Assembly (NCBI GenBank): GCA_038142325.1
Contig: JAYQJW010000002.1
Coordinates: 715,328 to 779,327 of the forward strand
Direction of reading: 5' to 3'
DNA from: Gammaproteobacteria bacterium
Lineage (GTDB): Bacteria > Pseudomonadota > Gammaproteobacteria > GCA-002705445 > GCA-002716945
Length of the DNA stretch: 64,000 bases
The notes below the pieces were generated by a model, which had not been told where the DNA came from, searched no databases, and saw only the letters and a program-made list of their open reading frames with translations. A program made the translations under genes and the position numbers. Below, piece after piece: positions 59,170-64,000 of the stretch; positions within the stretch are counted from its first letter, which is position 1; the number at the start of each line of letters is the position of its first letter.

Positions 59170-60507
59170 ATGAAAATATACAATGTATCTGAGCTAAACA
59201 TTGAGGCCAGAGAGGCGATACTAGCTTCTTTTGAATATCCTGTTTCTGTAAAAGGAGAAATTACTGATTACAGAGCATCTAGAGGGCATCAATATTTTAA
59301 GCTAAGAGACCCTTCAAGCGGTTCAACGGTTAGTTGTGTTATATGGAAAAGTAGCACTGCCTCATTAGAAGTATCAACTTATATTAATATGGAAGTTATT
59401 GTTACAGCTAGAGTAGATTTTTATACTGGATTTGGTCAGTTCCAATTAAACGTCATGGAAGTATCAGAATATGGTGATGGCTTTCTTAAAAAAGAAATTG
59501 AAAGGCTAAAAAAGAAATTATCAGAAGAAGGAGTATTTGATAACAAAAAAGAAATACCTAAATTTCCGAAAAATGTAGGTATATTGACAGCAAACAATAG
59601 TCACGCAATGATGGATGTTTGTTCTAAACTTAATGAAAAATATCCATTAGCATGTCTACACGTGTATCCCACATTAGTTCAGGGAAATAATGCTCCAGCA
59701 AATCTTATAAAACAAATAAAAAAAATAAATTCGGATCAAGTGGTTGATGTAATACTAATCGTTAGAGGTGGAGGATCTCTTCAAGATTTGATGGCATTTA
59801 ATGATGAATCATTTGTAAGAGAAATATCAAAATCTTCAATACCAACAATAACTGGAATTGGTCATGAACCAGATATTACCTTATCAGATTATGCCTCTGA
59901 TTTGAAGAAAGAAACTCCTACTGCTGCAGCAATAGCAGCTGTTCCAGATATTCAGGTCATTAAATCAAACTTACTTCAATTAGATTTGTCACTTGGCAGA
60001 GTTATCTCTAAAAAAATTGAGTCTTTGACAGAGAGATTATCTAACCTTTCATCATTAATTAAAGTTAATGCACCATATAAAAAGGTAATTTCGTTTGCTA
60101 GAAACTTCAAACTGTATACTGTGCAATTAAAAAACGCTATGAATTTAACTTTAAAGAAGAACCAAGTTGTCTACGATAATGAATTAAATAATCAAACAAA
60201 AGCCCTAAAGTATATAAAGGTACAAAATATTAACTCAATGAATAATTTAAAAATATACAAAAATATGATTTTTAACACTCTATCAAATAGACTAATTCAA
60301 CTTGAGGAGTTAGTTAAACTAAAATCTCATCATATACAACAAATTAATCCTAAGAATATTCTCAAAAAAGGTTATGCAATCATAAGAGATAAACAAGATA
60401 AAATTATCAAAAATTCAAAGAATGCCAAACATCATAGATCTCTTACCATAGAGATGTTTGATGGACGCATTGAAGTAGAAAGAAAGAAGAAAAAAGGCTT
60501 GCTATAG
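59170..60507 (+). CDS. xseA: exodeoxyribonuclease VII large subunit
   Basis: GHQYFKLRD, VQG, RGGGS..DL.AFNDE, GIGHE.D, TPTAAA, ILKKGYA. Confidence 0.94.
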   Translation: MKIYNVSELNIEAREAILASFEYPVSVKGEITDYRASRGHQYFKLRDPSSGSTVSCVIWKSSTASLEVSTYINMEVIVTARVDFYTGFGQFQLNVMEVSEYGDGFLKKEIERLKKKLSEEGVFDNKKEIPKFPKNVGILTANNSHAMMDVCSKLNEKYPLACLHVYPTLVQGNNAPANLIKQIKKINSDQVVDVILIVRGGGSLQDLMAFNDESFVREISKSSIPTITGIGHEPDITLSDYASDLKKETPTAAAIAAVPDIQVIKSNLLQLDLSLGRVISKKIESLTERLSNLSSLIKVNAPYKKVISFARNFKLYTVQLKNAMNLTLKKNQVVYDNELNNQTKALKYIKVQNINSMNNLKIYKNMIFNTLSNRLIQLEELVKLKSHHIQQINPKNILKKGYAIIRDKQDKIIKNSKNAKHHRSLTIEMFDGRIEVERKKKKGLL

Positions 60508-60539
60508 TAATAAAGTAATTGCAAAATATCTAATCTGAT

Positions 60540-60968
60540 ATGTCATCTAATCTTGAAAAATATCTCGATTTTAAGCCTTATAAACTAAAGAAAGGTGAGG
60601 AGTATATGTCTGCTCCCCAAATTGAACACTTTAAAAATATATTACATTCATGGAAGAAAATGCTTATGGTAGAAGCTGAAAAAACAATGGATCATATGAA
60701 ACAAGATTCATCAAAATTGTCAGATCCCAATGACGCTGCCACACAGGAAGAAGAATTTAGATTGGAGTTAAGAGCCAGAGATAGAGAGAGGAAGTTAATA
60801 ACAAAAATTGACCAAGCTCTCAGCAGAATAGATGATGGGTCATATGGATATTGTGAAGATACTGGTGAGCCTATAGGTATTAAAAGGTTAGAAGCAAGAC
60901 CAATCGCTACTTTGTCTATAGAGGCTCAAGAAAGGCACGAGAGGTTGGAAAAAACTCAAATTGACTAG
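60540..60968 (+). CDS. dksA: RNA polymerase-binding protein DksA (single-Cys type)
   Basis: [40 protein letters not shown]. Confidence 0.95.
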   Translation: MSSNLEKYLDFKPYKLKKGEEYMSAPQIEHFKNILHSWKKMLMVEAEKTMDHMKQDSSKLSDPNDAATQEEEFRLELRARDRERKLITKIDQALSRIDDGSYGYCEDTGEPIGIKRLEARPIATLSIEAQERHERLEKTQID

Positions 60969-63040
60969 CTGTCCTGACTAACCCCTTTCATAGTTAATTT
61001 AACTCTTCCTTGTTTATCTACTTCAAGGACTTTAACTTTTACATTATCACCCTCAGAGAGAACATCTTTTACATCTTTAACTCTGTCTTCGCTTATTTGC
61101 GATATATGAACAAGTCCATCTTTATTTGGAGTTATTGCTACAAATGCACCAAAGTCCATAATTTTTGCAACTTTACCTTCATAAATCTTGTCAACCTGTG
61201 GTCCCATTGTAATTTCTTCTATAATTGATTTTGCATGGTCACTTTTGGATTGATCTGATGCAGCAATTTTAATAATGCCATCATCATTTATATCTATTAC
61301 TGCTCCTGTTTGTTCAACTATAGATTTGATTACTGCGCCACCTTTACCTATTACCTCTGCAATTTTGGATTGATCAACTTTCATGGTTGTATATCTTGGA
61401 GCAAACTCTGAGACATCCTCACGAGGCGCACTCAATTCTTTATTCATCTCATTGAGAATATGTATTCTTGCGTCTTTAGCCTGATTTAAAGCAGTTTCCA
61501 TAATTTCAGATGTTATACCATCAATTTTGATATCCATTTGAAGTGCATTGATACCTGTTGAGGTACCAGCTACTTTAAAATCCATATCACCTAAATGATC
61601 CTCATCACCAAGAATATCAGTTAGTACTACATGTCTATCACCATCTTTAACTAGACCCATTGCAATACCAGCTACTGGCGCTTTTAAAGGCACGCCTGCA
61701 TCCATCATTGATAAGCTTGAACCGCATACAGATGCCATAGAACTAGAACCATTCGATTCAGTTATTTCTGACACCACCCTTACTGTATAGGGGAAATCAT
61801 CTTGTGAGGGCATTACAGCCTGTACGCCTCTTCGAGCCAGTTTACCATGGCCAATTTCTCTTCTCTTGGGCGAACCAATCATTCCAATCTCACCAACAGA
61901 ATATGGAGGAAAATTGTAATGAAAAATAAATGAATCTTCAATTCTTCCTTTCAATGAATCTATAATTTGTGCATCCTTATTAGTTCCAAGTGTAGTTACA
62001 ACTAGCGCTTGTGTCTCACCCCTGGTGAAAAGAGCAGAACCATGAGTACGAGGTAGAACACCTGTTTGTACACTTATAGGTCTGACAGTCATAGTATCTC
62101 TGCCATCTATTCTTTTCTCTCCAGATAGAATCCTCTCTCTCACAATATCTTTTTTAAGAGAATCAAATACTTTTGAGATTTTATCTTCGTTATCTTCTTC
62201 AGTGTTGCATTCTTTGGAAATTACATCATCTTTAAGAGTAGATAATTTCTCATACCTTTCTTGTTTATTTGTTATTTGATATACAGAGGATATTTGATCT
62301 CCATAAGATGATTTTATTAAATTATACAATTCAGAATTGTCTTCTGCTATTGGTGCCTCTTGTTGAGTAATACCAACTTCTGCAACTAGCTCATCGATGG
62401 CATTGATAATGACTTGCATTTTTTGATGTCCATAATTAACAGCATCGAGCATTTGTTCTTCAGTCAACTGATCAGCTTCAGATTCAACCATGAGAACAGC
62501 ATTACTAGTACCAGCTACAGTTAAATCAAGTTTAGATGTTGAAAGTTCACTAGAAGATGGATTCAGGATGTACTGATCATTTATGAAACCAACTTTCACA
62601 GCACCTAGTGTTCCATTAAATGGTAGTCCAGCAAGTTTAACCACTGCAGACGCTGCAATCATTGCAGGGATTTCTGAATCAACTTCCGGGTTGAGAGAAA
62701 CTAATGTAAGAACAATTTGAACCTCCTGATTGTATGTAGATGCAAATAATGGACGTAGAGGTCTATCAATTAGACGGCTTATTAGCGTTTCATTTTCTGT
62801 TGGTCTACCTTCTCGTTTAAAAAATCCTCCAGGAATTTTACCAGCAGCATATGTTTTTTCATTATAATTTACTGTTAATGGGAAAAAATCCCTCTCATTG
62901 GGTTCTGATGATGCAACTAATGTAGCTAAAATAACTGTGCCATCAATATCGACTGTTACTGATGAGTTTGCTTGTTTTGCGATGAGGCCTGTCTCAATTT
63001 TTACAGATTGAGAGCCTAAATCAAATTTTTTTTTGTGCAT
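60965..63040 (-). CDS. pnp: polyribonucleotide nucleotidyltransferase
   Basis: [44 protein letters not shown] and S1 domains. Confidence 0.98.
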   Translation of the reverse strand: MHKKKFDLGSQSVKIETGLIAKQANSSVTVDIDGTVILATLVASSEPNERDFFPLTVNYNEKTYAAGKIPGGFFKREGRPTENETLISRLIDRPLRPLFASTYNQEVQIVLTLVSLNPEVDSEIPAMIAASAVVKLAGLPFNGTLGAVKVGFINDQYILNPSSSELSTSKLDLTVAGTSNAVLMVESEADQLTEEQMLDAVNYGHQKMQVIINAIDELVAEVGITQQEAPIAEDNSELYNLIKSSYGDQISSVYQITNKQERYEKLSTLKDDVISKECNTEEDNEDKISKVFDSLKKDIVRERILSGEKRIDGRDTMTVRPISVQTGVLPRTHGSALFTRGETQALVVTTLGTNKDAQIIDSLKGRIEDSFIFHYNFPPYSVGEIGMIGSPKRREIGHGKLARRGVQAVMPSQDDFPYTVRVVSEITESNGSSSMASVCGSSLSMMDAGVPLKAPVAGIAMGLVKDGDRHVVLTDILGDEDHLGDMDFKVAGTSTGINALQMDIKIDGITSEIMETALNQAKDARIHILNEMNKELSAPREDVSEFAPRYTTMKVDQSKIAEVIGKGGAVIKSIVEQTGAVIDINDDGIIKIAASDQSKSDHAKSIIEEITMGPQVDKIYEGKVAKIMDFGAFVAITPNKDGLVHISQISEDRVKDVKDVLSEGDNVKVKVLEVDKQGRVKLTMKGVSQDS

Positions 63041-63309
63041 TATTTTCTGAGTCCTAGTTCTTTGATTAGCGATTCGTATGATTCAATATCAGTTTTTTTA
63101 AGATATTTAATAAGAGATCTTCTTTTCATAATCATTTTAAGCAAACCTTGTCTAGAGTGATTATCTTTTTTATTCTCTTTAAAGTGATTAGTAAGCTTAT
63201 TAATATTTTCTGTAAGAAGAGCTATTTGTACTGCACTTGATCCGCAATCTTTCTCAGAAGTTTTATGTTTTTCTATAATTCCTGCTTTTGTATTACTATC
63301 TAACGCCAT
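63040..63309 (-). CDS. rpsO: 30S ribosomal protein S15
   Basis: [14 protein letters not shown]...[15 protein letters not shown]. Confidence 0.97.
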   Translation of the reverse strand: MALDSNTKAGIIEKHKTSEKDCGSSAVQIALLTENINKLTNHFKENKKDNHSRQGLLKMIMKRRSLIKYLKKTDIESYESLIKELGLRK

Positions 63310-63376
63310 TATATTTTCTTACTTAATTGTTAACGTTGCGATTTTATCATGTCCAACAAGTAATACAAACTAAATA

Positions 63377-64000
63377 TCACCTTTTCATCATTCTTTTAGG
63401 ACATAAATGATCATCTTTAAAAAATCCAACACCATGAAAAATATTTCTACCACAAATAATCTTATAATATTGGTGTATTTTGATATTTTCTTTTCTTACT
63501 ATTAATCCATGGTGTAGTTTTTCAACCTCTTCGTCACTACATATAATTTCAGGTAAATCATCAAGCATTGTTGAAATATCGATTATGTTTTTTTGATTAC
63601 TTAGATTTCCAATATCGTCAATTTCAATTGATTTAAATTTCTGAAACGGCTCAACACTCAATCTTTTAAGATTAAAAAGGCAAGAATGAATTCCCCATTG
63701 GTGACTAATATCCTGTATTAAAGTTCTTATATAAGTCCCAGATGAACATTTTACATTAAATTTTAAAATATCATTATCTAAAGAATTGAACTTAATGTCA
63801 TATAAATACCTCTTCTTTTCATTTCTTTTGACTATTACATTGTTTCTAGCATATACATACAATGGTTTACCTTTATACTTACTTGCACTATACATCGGTG
63901 GCGCTTGAAGATAATCACCAAGGAAATTATTAAGTGTTTTCCTGATGATATCTTTAGTTAGTTTTTTAATTTTTTTTTGCTCATTTCTATACACTTTTGG
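63377..64000 (-). CDS. truB: tRNA pseudouridine(55) synthase (3' part)
   Basis: QAPPMYSA.K..GKPLY.YAR, CSSGTYIRTL; upstream of rpsO. Confidence 0.93.
   Translation of the reverse strand, partial: PKVYRNEQKKIKKLTKDIIRKTLNNFLGDYLQAPPMYSASKYKGKPLYVYARNNVIVKRNEKKRYLYDIKFNSLDNDILKFNVKCSSGTYIRTLIQDISHQWGIHSCLFNLKRLSVEPFQKFKSIEIDDIGNLSNQKNIIDISTMLDDLPEIICSDEEVEKLHHGLIVRKENIKIHQYYKIICGRNIFHGVGFFKDDHLCPKRMMKR

Overview
A very AT-rich, densely packed chromosome segment from a streamlined gammaproteobacterium, probably marine. The taxonomy is inferred from gene order: gyrA-pheA-hisC-tyrA-aroA-cmk-rpsA; leuCDB-asd-fimV-truA-trpFBA-accD-folC-dedD-cvpA-purF; lptFG/pepA-holC-valS; guaBA/xseA; truB-rpsO-pnp. 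About 20 genes, including essential ones (gyrA, valS, folC, lptG, guaA/B), are split by 1-nt indels, many in homopolymers. This points to uncorrected long-read error rather than real pseudogenes. A variable region of about 8.7 kb follows tRNA-Arg(CCT). It holds secreted orphans, a PQQ sugar dehydrogenase, a COG4337/iota-type carbonic anhydrase, a MazG-like protein, an AhpD-like protein, a photolyase-like protein and several unannotated micro-ORFs. The best candidate for a new system is at 52.6-55.7 kb. A CarH/LitR-type MerR regulator with degenerate B12-binding motifs is transcribed divergently from an unannotated ~72-nt structured small RNA. The RNA has its own TTGACA-N17-TATTGT promoter, a 5' hairpin, two C-rich single-stranded motifs and an intrinsic terminator. 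Both promoters are overlaid with 11-bp-spaced TnnACA operator-like repeats. Next to this is a lexA-dinB cassette whose lexA promoter carries an alphaproteobacterial-type GTTC-N7-GTTC box. All calls are made by eye; no database searches were run.
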